A DNA stretch of 64,000 nt, from assembly GCA_035084275.1 (NCBI GenBank), contig CM068742.1:310001-374000 (forward strand), written 5' to 3'. Below the pieces are notes generated by a model. It was not told the DNA's origin. It did not search any database and worked only from the letters and a program-made list of their open reading frames with translations. A program made the translations under genes and the position numbers. This stretch comes from Hydrolagus colliei (taxonomy: Eukaryota). Of the stretch, positions 1 to 12,347 are shown one piece after another (the stretch's first letter is position 1; each line of letters begins with the position of its first letter).

Positions 1-1149
1 TTGCTCTGCTGAATATGGTTGTCAATGCAGAATGTATATTCACTTTCAAAAGGGAAATTGATGCTGTATCTATAAATTGGAAGAATATGGAGAAATTACA
101 TGGAATTTGGGCTGCTCTAAATTCGTATGTTTCTACATATTGGTGTGTCAAAGATGCAGAGTCAAGTAACTGTCTGCACTGACATACAGTGTTGATTACC
201 AAATGTATAAAACAGAATGAAACTAGTTAAAATTGAGTCATTTTGAGGCTGCAATCTAATACAATGATAAATTCATTATAAATTACTACTTTTACTATCA
301 CGGATCACAAAGTTATCTGAATGGCGTCATTAGTTTAATGATTTATATTCCTCACAGATAAATCATTCCCTATCTATTGCCAAAGATTAAATCTGCTTCT
401 AATGTAAAGTGAAAACAATTACTGAATCATGCTGTAGGTCTTGCTGTGTTAACTCAACGTAACTTGAGGTACGCTGTATTCGGTTGCATTCGTTGGAAAT
501 ACTATTTGCACTATATCACGAGAGACTTTCACATTCAGTCCAAATGTATGACCTCTATGTCAAACAAATCATCTGCCATTTCAGTGAGAAACAACGTCTC
601 AAAACTTCACAATGTGGCATATATTATTAACAGATGGTGTTCTGGTGGTGATTTGGCTTGCTGGCACAGAGGGACGTAATGTGTTTGTGCCCACAATTAA
701 CCACATGGTGAGTTCTTAATTTAGGAAACAACACCAAGAAGAATTTGGACACCTCCCTGCAGGATAGGAGGGAATGAAGCAAAACTGTGTGCCTCAATAC
801 TGGCCTTGCAGGAGCATTCAGACAAAGAAGGCCTTTGGATTAATTTGATCTCGTCTTCCTACGACAGTATTAAGGTGTTTTGTAAAACAGAACCCTGACC
901 ACGACCATTGCTCTTGGTAACCTATTCCAGCTGCTGATTATTCTCTCTTTTAAAAGTAAGTTCTAAAATTGTCTTTCACAACCTGGATCTCATCTTGCTG
1001 AAATCCCTATTCTGGGTTTATTTCCTTGATTTATTTAGCATCGAGTGTATCTCTCTACAAGAATGCTTCTGAGGCATCTCTCTACAAAGCAAAAGTACCC
1101 TAATTTATTTAGGTTTTTCTTGTAGTGTATCCTCTGGCCTGCTCCACCT

Positions 1150-1420
1150 TCCCCTACCCATCCATTCTCACCATTCGGGCGAGCCTTTAGCCACTCTGCC
1201 CCACCTCTGGAACTCCATGCCACAGTCCCTCCACCTTGCCTCCTCCTTCAAGTCCCTCCTCAAGACCCTCCTCTTCAATGGTCCCATCGGCAACTCCTAA
1301 TCCCCATTTTCCCTCCACCCCCTGAAACCCCAGCTCGGATCTGAAATAGTGACTGTCCAGCGCCTTGAGACGTCCTCCTGATGTGAAAGGTGCTATACAC
1401 GTATAATTTTGTTGTGGTTG
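1150..1420 (+). mobile_element. L2 3' fragment
   Basis: GCCTTTAGCCACTCTGCCCC..CTCTGGAACTCC; tail GCGCCTTGAGACGTCCTCCTGATGTGAAAGG. Confidence 0.75.
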
Positions 1421-1590
1421 CTTCCATCAACCTTTCAGGCAGCGCATTCCAGAGGTGGATAAAACAAATTCTCCTCATCTCCCCATTGGTGCTTTGGCCT
1501 ATTATCTTGAATCTGTGTCTTCTGGTTACCGACCCAACTACCATAGAAACAGTTCCTCTTTATATTTTCTATCAAAACCCCACATAACAT
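1421..1590 (-). mobile_element. CR1 LINE 3' ORF2 fragment
   Basis: SVTRRHRFKI...LWNALPERLMEA, CR1-type C-terminal motif. Confidence 0.7.
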
Positions 1591-3443
1591 TGAGGATCAG
1601 TCGTTGTTTTTCTCTGCACTGCCTCCAGAGCCCAAGCACGCTTGTCTACTGTTGCTTCACACTGTTTGAGCTTTGGCTGCAAGCAACCAACCTACGAGCA
1701 GCAACCCCTCAGGCGTGGGCCATGTCAGCTGCCTATTGAATCATTGCAAGATCCAAGGAGTTCCATAAGAAAATGAAAAATAAATATGAAAAAAACTGGT
1801 CATTTACCTTTAAGCCGGGAATACAACACTGTGCTTCAAATGCTGAAGATGCGATTTTGCTAGTCATGTGTTTTCCTTTCACAGATCATGGGACTCTACC
1901 AATCCAATTAACCTCAGGTTTGTTCCTTAAAGGCCCCCTATTAAAACTCCAGAAAATGTATCCATCTTCCCTGTTTAACTACGGGTTACCGTCTTTCATA
2001 GACAACATTCCCATCAACGCAAGCCAGCACCAAGAACACAGCTTGACGTCTCATTTGCAGTATTTGCGTTAGTAACCCCGTAACTTCCAATTTTGTTTTT
2101 AACACATCATCAAATAACAGAGGTTTCTTCTCATCTTGTTTCGTCGTTGCTGTAGTTTGGAGCCTTGTTAATTTAAAACATCATCCTTTGTTTCTGTCTA
2201 AATCCAGTAGTTTGCTTGCATTATCTAAGCTTTCAGCATCTCAGAAGTGCAGACTATTTTCAAATACAGTATATTTATTTCAAATAATACAGTCATCAAC
2301 AGTAATTTTATGCAAAGTTAATACTACATTTATATTGACTCCTCATCGAATGTGTTTGAGGGAGCTAAATCCAGGTATTTGAATAGATTTGTTGAGGACA
2401 GCTTCATACTGATTGGAAACTTTCAGTGAATAATAAAAAACCTATCAAAACCTTTTTCCTTTATTACATCTTTGATGACTAACACGCGTTCATTGTGTAA
2501 ACTGTTGCTCTTCTTCCAGTATTCAGCATCTTTCAAAGATGTAAAAATCAATGTGTCATTCCTCAGCTTTGACCCTTTTAATATCTTGATGTACACATGT
2601 GCCAAAATCAATTATTGCTGTAGAACTAAGCATTCAGTGCTGTAATGCCTGCTCTTGATAGATGATGTAGTTGTACTAGTAATGTAATTATGAATTGTGC
2701 AATGTCAATAAATATTCTGTTAGATGATGGCTTCCATTAACGCTCTACTCTAACTCATAAATTGCTATGGAACTGATTTGTGATCCCGCTCTGAGCTTAG
2801 TTTGTAAATTATTAACCAAAACAATAAAGTAGCAACTTACTATTTTCATCTGATTTGATTTACAGTATTTAATAAGGCCATGACAGTATCACTAAAAGGT
2901 TCCATTCACTTCAATTCTAGCCCATTTTAACTATTTGTTGATACAGGTGCTATGTAGAAATGAGCACATACCAACCGATGTGTCTTTTCTTACCAAAAAG
3001 TAGCTGGGCAATATTGAAAAGGACTAGACAGTAAACCAATACAGAACCTTGAAGGCAGACTTTCATATGATCATTAAATTAATTTCATGCACCAATGTCA
3101 CCTCTCATTTAGTTGTGATGTTGTGTGCCTCATTATACATTTTAATTTCAGTGTTTAGGCAACTGAAAACTCCCTGGAAATGTTAACGTTGAAGGAAAAC
3201 TTTCTCTTAAAAAGCACAGTACCATTTATGACTTGGTACTTAGATGGTTAACTTTCAAGTGATTCTGTTACATTTGGGACGATGGTAAGTGAATAAGATT
3301 CTTATGACTATATAAGTTTTTGTATAACACATTTAGTGTAAGTATTATTATTTGATATTGTATGTGCAATCTATTGTGTATCACACAATCTCTCTGTGTG
3401 AATACTTGCTGGCGGATGCTGATTGTGTTTTTTTTTCTTTAAG

Positions 3444-3470
3444 GTTATGAAGCGCAGGCACCAGATTCAG
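3444..3470 (+). CDS. SORBS2: SORBS2 27-nt microexon (G)YEAQAPDS(D)
   Basis: ttttttttctttaag|GTTATGAAGCGCAGGCACCAGATTCAG|gtaaag; phase 1-1; resembles human GRDSQSPDS. Confidence 0.8.
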
Positions 3471-4848
3471 GTAAAGATAGTTACTGGCTCAGAAAAGCTA
3501 GCCACATATTATAATGAGGCCCTGTGGGATCTCTTTCTCTTCTTTGTTTTTTTTATTTCACAAAGTGGCAATTGTGTAAACAGCGAGAAGTTCCAATTAA
3601 AATTTCCAGTGGGTATCAGTCTGCAGATTTCCTTCAGAACACTACACTATTATCATTGCTTAATTTTATAACATTGTCCCCTCCCTTATATGGAAATACT
3701 GTATGTTGCCTTTCTCAAGGTGTTTCCATACATGTGGATATAACGTTAAAGCTTATCGTAAGTGTTGACTATAATATATCCTTGAGGCTTGCGCAGCCTG
3801 TGTATGTAATGTCGACTTTCATTATCTTCACGATCAGTGTTTTGGCTAATTATGTTTTAATTGTTTTGTTTGCTGGCTTCATGGGACTCCCCCGGCTTAA
3901 AGGTCATCCACAGCTGCAGACTTTAAACACTTATGAACTCCGTGCTGCTCGACTCAAATAAGTTCATCTCGGTTCTTTAGATTTCTGGAGGGTCAGCCTG
4001 ACGCATATGAAAAGCCTATCACCGTCATTAAAATTACCCAGATCATGTTCCACATATACTTCACATGGAACTTCCGGTGCTTATGTCTTTTGGGTACTTT
4101 TCACCACCAGGCGGTTTAATTGAATCTCTAGTTTTCTCGGTGTTCTGGGTGTGATGCCTTTTGCTGGCGGGCCTGCGTTCTGTAACTTTGCCATGTTAGG
4201 AACATAACTTTTTTGCAACGAATGCCACAAAAAAAGTCAGAACTGTGATACCACTCCAGCCAGAATGTATTGAAGAGAATTGTTGCTCTGCCTGACACAA
4301 GAAATGTACCACATTAGAAGTCGCATTTCTTAACAATGCACCAGCAATGCTTGTTTTCAAAAACTTGGCAGAGGAGTTCATTTGTTAGTAAATTTATTTT
4401 ATTTTCGAAAAGTACTGGGACCTTCTCCTTCTCCTCCTCCTTTCAAACAATAGGTGAGGCTGTTGGTAGACCCGATAAATTAACGACGAGCCATGATTTA
4501 AAATTGCAAATGTAAGAATGTAAGTCGTGTTTTGATTTTATTATTTTTATGTATAAAATCAACATTCGTAGGAATCTGACATCAAACAAAAATGATACTA
4601 AAAATGAAACTAGTAACTAGCCTGGATAAGAGGACCCAGATAACTAGATACAGTAACTCGGCTCAGGTTTGCAGCCAACCCAATTATTTTTCATCATTAC
4701 TCCTTACTTAATTTTTCAGGATTATTATAATTTAATTCTGCCTGCAGGTAGAATTAAGTATTTTTCTTAACTTGTGTCTCCCTAGAAAAACACTGGCAAA
4801 ATGTATGAATTCTGGAGGGGGGAGCTTAGACAGCAATAAAATGGCTTT

Positions 4849-4882
4849 CTGTGTGTGTATGCTTGTGTGTGTGTGTGTGTGT
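4849..4882. repeat. (TG)n microsatellite, interrupted
   Basis: Read directly from the sequence. Confidence 0.85.
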
Positions 4883-5436
4883 TTATATTTTCAGCATGAT
4901 AATCTTGGCTGGAAAGTCATATTTACCAATAAAATCTATAGTGAATACCCAAATTGTAGCTACTCGTACTCTGTCCCATTCGTACTTCCTAATGGGAAAC
5001 TATTTTTCTTAAGCGGTATTTTAAAAATGGTGTGAAGATGTGATTACGTCAAATGAGAGATATCTGCTCTGTTCATTTCTCCCCTGTTCACAGTGCACAA
5101 AGTAGAAAGTGTACTCTTCTCCGGTTAATGTTCATTATTTTTGTACATTTCCGGGGCCACGGGAGGGGAGGGGTTCGGGGGGGGGGGGGAATGTAGGTTT
5201 GTGCACAGAAGTGAATGGGACCTAATTTCCCTTGTCAATCAGTAAGATGAACAGCGACCTTTCGATATGTGCCTGAAGTGATCTCCACTTCCCTGGTGTA
5301 AGTAAGAGTTGCCTCAACAAGCATCCAAATGCCTCCTTATTTACAGAATGTTCTCCTTGTAGCCCTTCCAATAAAACCGAGTGTAAAAACTAACAGTGGA
5401 TATAAAGTAAGGCAGATTTTACCTTGTGCTTTGCAG

Positions 5437-5579
5437 ATGTCTGGCGGTCTTACGGTATCAATGACAATCCAAGGTGGGCCCTGAACGGTGAGGCTCACAG
5501 CTCGTCACTGACGGCCAAAGGTTTCCGCAGCGTCAGGCCAAACCTTTCATTTCCCGAAAGGAAAACTCCCCCGCAGCAG
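5437..5579 (+). CDS. SORBS2: SORBS2 exon DVWRSYG...[22 protein letters not shown]
   Basis: ctttgcag|AT...CAG|gtaaat; phase 1-0; matches human WRSY...[18 protein letters not shown]. Confidence 0.92.
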
Positions 5580-8500
5580 GTAAATGCGTTATTGGTGTGT
5601 TGCTCCCCACACACATTTCTGTGTAGCACCTTCATCAGGTTGTTTTCCAAATGAACGCTTACAATTTCCGTCAGGCAGGGGATGGGGATCGGCCTGGGTG
5701 GGTGGGTGGGGGGTGGGGGAAGGTGACATGCCATGTAGAGTATGTGAACTGATTACAAGAACTGATGTGGTTTAATGGGATCAAACATGAGCCTCATTTA
5801 AACCTAGGATGCATCTCACACTAGAAGCATCTGTTTAAGCTTCTGCTGGAAGGGACCAAACAAAGCAAATCTTTCCTTGACGCAGGTTTAAGCCATGATG
5901 GCAGTGTACTGACTCTAAAACGACTGCATTGTTTTCAGGTTGCCTTTTATCTTGGTAAATAGAAGCACAAGAAGTAGGGAGATATTCAGCCCATCAAGTC
6001 TGTTCCGCCAGTTTATTAGACAATAACACATATTTTTAATCCCTACAGTTGTACATTATGCCTGAGGTTTTGGATGATTATCATTATGACCAATTAACAA
6101 TTGTTCTTTTTATTTCTAACATTGATTTAACACCCTACAGAACTACCTCCGAGCACACAACATACCAGTTATTTATCAAACTGCAATGCACATACCTGCC
6201 ATAAAGCGGATTCTGTTGGTCACTCTTCCACCCAGTGTGGCTCCTAATACAGGAAATTGATTCAGTTCAACAATTTAATTACAATAAAAGCTGTTCAGTA
6301 GAATTATAAAATTGAGTCCAGTCTGTAAGTATACATTGGAGTTTCAATTATTTATTATAATGGACAGTTACTATATTGTGTAATTGAAACTGGCTTAACC
6401 TAATACTTTGTCGGACTGTGTTTTTTGCGTTGTTGACAAGTCGCACAGTTAAGATGGGTTCTCCCGAGATGGATGTGAGAAAGTGAGATATAAAATGTCC
6501 CCAAGGGCACATTCAAGATGTACTGGGATACAAATTTATTACGAAACTCAATTTATAAAGAACAACAGTACTTTGGCACTCTGCAACAGACTGCCTTTCA
6601 TTCGTATCAGTCGTGAGGAATGCTGCCCTGCTTGCACTGTAATAAAATTCAAATAATTCATGCTATGTCTGTGACTTAAACCTACTTTTCTAATTATGGC
6701 AAAAGAAAGTCTGGCCTCCCAGCGTCCCCATAAGGATCTAAATTTACTGTGGGTGTAATAAGTCAACAAAGCTTTTGACTGACTTTAGTTAGTCACTCAT
6801 TGTTTCAGACAATCTCTCTCACTCTCACGCTTTTTAGGGAAGGTGACTCAAAGCAGCAACAAAACTAGATTTGGTGAAAATGGAATCTCCCTTAAAAGAA
6901 ATCCCACACTGGAAGCCTGAATCCTGCTGTGGATTATTTCAGTGAATATTTTTTCCTTCCCATTCAGTGAATTCATTGAGAGTTATTCACGATGATCAAT
7001 CCATTCCCACGTTATCATTGATATTTTGTCACTAAACCTAAATTTTGTTTTGCTTCTTGTGAAAAACCATTCACAGCAATCAAAGCTAAAACCAATTGGA
7101 TTTATAAGGCACACTTCATGTGGGTTCTCATCTCGGAACAAAGCTTAGATGCTGGTACGCCTGCAGATCAAGAGGCTCGTCATTATTTGTTGGTGTCCAC
7201 AACATCCACAGTTTATATTTTGAGGCCAATATTGGAAAATGCAAACACAGCCACATGTAACTTTTACCAAGCCAATACGCCTGCAGGTTATGTGTAATTT
7301 GATGTGCTTTAGAGGAAAGTTCATTTTAATTTTAAAAAATTGCGTTCAGCGGTTCTTGTGACAAGTAATGGATGCGCGTGTCAAAAAGCACATCTGATAC
7401 GGTGTTCGGAGTACCAAGAATTTGGACTAATGGGAGCTCTGCTGGTGCAAGCTTGGAACAATATATTAGACTGACAACTCTATTATTGAACAACTTATCG
7501 TCTGCTTAAGAACCACAATAAATTTATTACGTTGCTCTCTACCTGACAGCAATAAATTTATTGAGAATGTATAATATGTTCCTGGACGTTTCAAAGCAAT
7601 GTTAAGCATCAGAACCTTTACCATTTAACTTTTCAAACATGTTGTCATTTTTCAGACAATTCCCCCAAACCCCCCCCCCCCCCCCCCCCACCACCCTTTC
7701 TGACACTGACCTGCAGAATTATGGAACCGAGTTTCTGATTGCATCAGACCTTGTATCGCACAAGGAATGAAGTGGCTCGAAATATTTTTTTTTCAAATGA
7801 TTTGGCCTCTGAAAATCACTTACACCACTACCATGTAGTATTGTTTAGATTGGGGTGAAGGAATTTTTGGAAGGATTTGATTTCCATGGTTCTCTTATGA
7901 ATGCATCTGGGTTGTCCTGCACTGAGCAATGTCACTGTCAATGTGCTTCACAGGTATTGAATAAATCAACCGTTTAAATTCTGTCAGCATGTTTGGGTGC
8001 ATAGTGTTTACAGCATTACATTACAGTTGTGAATATGTAGATATGATTGTAATTATTATGTACAGCAGGATTTTGCTTTTCATAGTGGAACAGACTCAAT
8101 GGGGTGAATCACCTCTCACTGTTTAGGATGTTTTATGGCCTATGGAGTACTGTACGATAAGAGAAATGTGTTGGCAGTTTTCTCATAAAATAACATACAC
8201 ACTGTTAAGAAACCAAATGCTCTGTTCGCATTGCTTTGTATAGATAAGCATAATATGAATCATGGCTGTACAAGTGGGTAATGTTCTCTTCTAATTGTAA
8301 TTCAGGTTTGTCATCTATTTCCTCTTCGGGTGAGGTTCAAATTGGCTAGTGCTCCCCACCACCCACGAGGACAATGTTGGGTAGAGCTAAAATAACTCAC
8401 CGTTTTAGCCTTAAGTCCATTGCCATAAAACAACAAATAAGATCGATATAATTTGGGCCTATTAAAATTTGGCAATTTAAGAATTTTTAAACGGAGTCTT

Positions 8501-8858
8501 TAATTTTGAAGCTGTAATTTCTGATGGTTCTTTAAAATGTTGCAAGCACATTTCAAGTTGACCTGTTGCTGCAAGGAACTTTGCTGCACAGCCTTGATCT
8601 TTTCTTGAGAGCTGTTTTGTTTAGATTTTTTAAAATTAGATTTAAAAAAAACTCCAAACAGAATGAATTGCTCAGAACCATCATTGTTTGCTGAAAGGCA
8701 AAAAGGTGTAAAGTAAGTTTTTAAATGTGTTTTGAAAGTACTGTGTTATACTCAATGTTCTAGCTTCAGACAAATCTCTTGCTGACACTTTCCAATTTTG
8801 TTTTCTTTTTCCTTCTGTTTGGTTTCTGTCTTTCCTGCTGTGTGGTTGTCTTTGGCAG

Positions 8859-9479
8859 GTTCCTTCTCCACCACCCAGAAAGGAAAGCTTTAACTGGTAT
8901 CCAATAACCAATCCTGGCAACTCCCACACATGCTCTGGTTCAAACCAGGGATCTATAAATAGAAGCTGGCCAGCACTCCCAACATCTAACCCGCCAATAA
9001 CCTCCAATGTTACCTGTGTGATTAATGAGGAAGAGTGTGTGCAGAGTGCTTCACATTTGTTTCAACAACCCAGTACGCTTTCCTGCTGTTCACATCAGGC
9101 CCCATCTGACCAGGCCTCTACGTGTAAAGTAGTTGACCATAGTAACACCAACACTTCACTCCAAACAAAGTACGGGCACCTTCAAGAACGTAAAATTAAC
9201 ACCATCAAGCTAACTCTATCGGAACGTCAAAAGGTTGCTAATTCCTCCGCGCCTCACTCTGACGTGAACCCCTCACTGCATTCACCTTTCCCTGGAGATA
9301 GGACAGAGCCTGAGAGACACACAGCCTCTCTCTCCATTCAAATAGTTCCAACCAGTGTGCATACAACAGAACAAGGACCCCCACCTGTAGAAGCTGCAGA
9401 GAGTGGAAGGAAGCTACACAGGGACCCGATACAAGTGCTTAATGCTCCGCCCTGTGTACAGTCCGCAGGGGATCGTCTG
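8859..9479 (+). CDS. SORBS2: SORBS2 probable 621-nt cassette exon VPSPPPRKESFNW...SAGDRL
   Basis: Long pyrimidine tract then ggcag|GTTCCT; stop-free in the frame of ORF 9018; donor CTG|gtacat; symmetric phase 0-0; Pro/Ser/Thr-rich. The 3' boundary is less certain. Confidence 0.7.
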
Positions 9480-9914
9480 GTACATACTTTTCTTTTATTA
9501 GCAATAGTTAATATGTTTTTAATATTTTATTTTCTATCTACAGGAGATTTGCACGCCAACCAATTAACTCTTTGCTTTTATAGGTATCGAATGGCTTTTC
9601 TCTAAAAAAAATGTCAGCTATAGATGCTTATTCACTGTAAAAACATTTGATTGTAAACATTTATATGTGTAATAAGTTGAATTATTCAACTTTTTGTGTG
9701 GACTAAGTGAAGTTACCCCAAGCCTCCATCAGAACTGTGACCATGTGTACTAGGGACAAATCTTAAGGATCTATTGGGACTATGGGGTAATAATGCCTCC
9801 AAAATATATCATTTTTAATTTAAAATATGGTTACTCAATCCACAACTGTTTCTGGGTACGATCGGCTGCCGTGTTTCCCCCACAAAACTTACAGTCAATC
9901 AACTTTACAATGTA

Positions 9915-10186
9915 CAGTAAAACATCGATAATCTGACACTCCAAGAACTGGCCACTCCTTAAAACAGGCCGGATTTCAAAATACAAACAGTATTACATTG
10001 GTTTCTGATGTCGGCAAATCTCCTGAGGTTCGGAACAGCTGCTTGTGTCCACTCTGTCACCCAGCACTGTGGGAGAGGCTCGGCCATTGTTTGGCTTCAT
10101 CTCTAGTGTAGGTTCTAAACACCAGCAAATTCTGAAATCCGAGAGGTGCAAGCGCCCAAACGTGCCGGATTATCGAGGTTTAACTG
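9915..10186. mobile_element. Tigger-like MITE nested in a SINE
   Basis: TA|CAGTAAAACATCGATAATCTGACAC ... GTGCCGGATTATCGAGGTTTAACTG|TG; SINE core on the left and SINE tail on the right. Confidence 0.78.
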
Positions 10187-12084
10187 TGTTCTCAATGACA
10201 TGATAAGCCACTATATTAAATGCAAGGAATATTATTATTATGCTATGATATTAATTTTCTCTCACTTCCGCAAAAAATATTTATTGTTGCTCATTTATCT
10301 TTGCCATTCACCTTTTAATCATGCTTCTTTGCTCAGTTTAACAGTGCCAAGGTGAACCAAAGCAATGTTATAAATGTTATATAATATGTATTTAATTATG
10401 GGGATTCTCTTTATGCATTCCACCAGCACATAGTTGATAAAAAAAACTTATTTCCAGTACTGTACCTGCCTAGTTGCAGTCTTGTTATTCAGAAAGTTTG
10501 CCTGTGTCAGAGTGACCAGTTCTAGTCTTATTTGGTTGAGTTTGAATGAAAGGATCCATATCGTTGTTTTCTAAAGAGGATTATAATAAAAATCCTTGCA
10601 TTTGATATAGTGCTTATCACGTCTTCTAGACGTCTCAAAATGCTTCACAGAGTTTACTGTAAAGTGAATTGACTGTACATTTGTGGGCTCAATGGGGCAG
10701 CCAGTTTATTGATGTACTTCACAATTGTTTGGTGTTCAGACCCTAAATGAATGGATAAGATGTAAGATAAGTGTACAACCCACCAAGGTCAAAATAGTAG
10801 CAGAGAGAATAAGTCAAGATATGGTTAGAAAATGCATGACAGATTCTGGTGAAGAAAGAAAAGCCATTTGGTCCATTGATCTTATTCTATTACACTGCCA
10901 ACCCTACTGTCTTCTCTTCATGGCACAGATTTTTTTTAATGAGTCAAGTGCCTTGGCTTAAAAATCTGTCCTAGTACTGAAACCCATGTCAGTTATTGAT
11001 TACTATCTGTCCAAAGAAATGCTTTATAAGCTCATCTCAAACTGTCCCCAGGCAGCCATGAACTTGTTTCATGTGTTTTATTTTTCTCTCATTTTTAAAC
11101 ATCTTATACAACACTATTTCACCCACAAAATACACAGTCAATCCCCTTTACAGTACATCCTGTGAAGCACTGTCTTGACGACATAATTGAGCATTATTTT
11201 TATTAAGGCATGTTGTGAGACGTCTCATTTAGTGTAGGTCTTAATCTTTCATTTTAATAATAATAAATAATAATCTTTACACGTCTTAATAATCCACGTC
11301 TTACCGATGTCTCAAAGCGCTTCACAGAATACAACCACGTCCCAAGGTAGGGACCAGAGCAGGGCGGGAGGGGTCGAGGGAGGGAGAAGAAAAGAGGGAA
11401 AAAATGGGGGGAAAAGAGGTAGAGACCAGAGAAGAGGGGGAGGGGTCGTGGTTGGGGGAAGCAATGTAGGAAAATTGACTGTATATTTGTGGGAGAAACA
11501 CGGCAGTCAAATTGCGCACAGCAGTGTCCCACAAACAGTCGTGGAAGTGGGGTGAGGGGAAAAGAGGGTAAGGGGAGGAGCCGGGATAGGGGGAAGGAGA
11601 CCAGGAAAAACAACAGTATATTTAATTTCCCTGTTGAGGAATTAATTTGCCTTGAAGTATGCCACCATCCTTGACAATGTGAAGAATGTATGCATCCTTG
11701 GCAGATTTATACTTGAATTGTACCCCATTCTGTTGTTAAACTCACCCCTTATACTCCTGAAATTTGCTAATTTAAATTGAAAAGCCCTGTAGGCATTCAG
11801 AACAGAGAGTTCAGAGTATAGAGTTCCACTTTCATGACTTTGAAGGAAAGAATGAGTGCAATAGTTTTGATAACACAATGTGCAGATGCAGGAAGCAGGA
11901 CGATGCAGGCGACAGAACACAGATGCTACCTCATCTGACCCTGAGCTCTCGGAATTCTTAGCCAAAGTGATGTATTATTTTGGTCAGCTGGGTTTTGGAC
12001 ACACAAGGAAGCTCATCACCATACTTAAAAATTAGATAACTTCAAGTAGCATGTAGGGCAATGAGGCATTGCAAGAATTTGTAA

Positions 12085-12345
12085 ATAATAACAACGACGC
12101 AATTGCAGTTGTATAGCGTGTTTTAAGACGGGAGGATGTCCCAAGATGCTGGACAGTCAGTGTTTCAGAGCTGAGCTGGGGTTGGGATCAGGGAGGGTGG
12201 AGGGGAAGCCGGGTGACCATTGGGACCATCGAAGATCAGGGTCTTCAGGCGGGTCTTGGGGCTAGGGAGGGATTGTGGGATGGAATTCCAGAGGTTGGGG
12301 GCAGAATGGCTGAAGGCTTGCCTGCCGATGGTGGGGTGTGTGGGT
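12085..12345 (-). mobile_element. L2 3' fragment
   Basis: Tail GGGAGGATGTCCCAAG and TGGAATTCCAGAGG similar to the 61155 copy. Confidence 0.75.
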
Positions 12346-12347
12346 CG

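Noticed and set aside
634-707. Possible exon ending ATG|gtgagt
   Set aside because: The donor is strong, but the frame that would join the phase-1 exon at 3444 contains a stop, the acceptor is weak and there is no SORBS2 similarity.
4805-4845. ATGAATTCTGG (MNSG), resembling the SORBS2 MNTG start
   Set aside because: It lies downstream of the YEAQAPDS microexon and has no suitable donor.
7669-7689. Poly-C run (and poly-G near 5177-5189)
   Set aside because: Simple homopolymers of uncertain length; no further structure.
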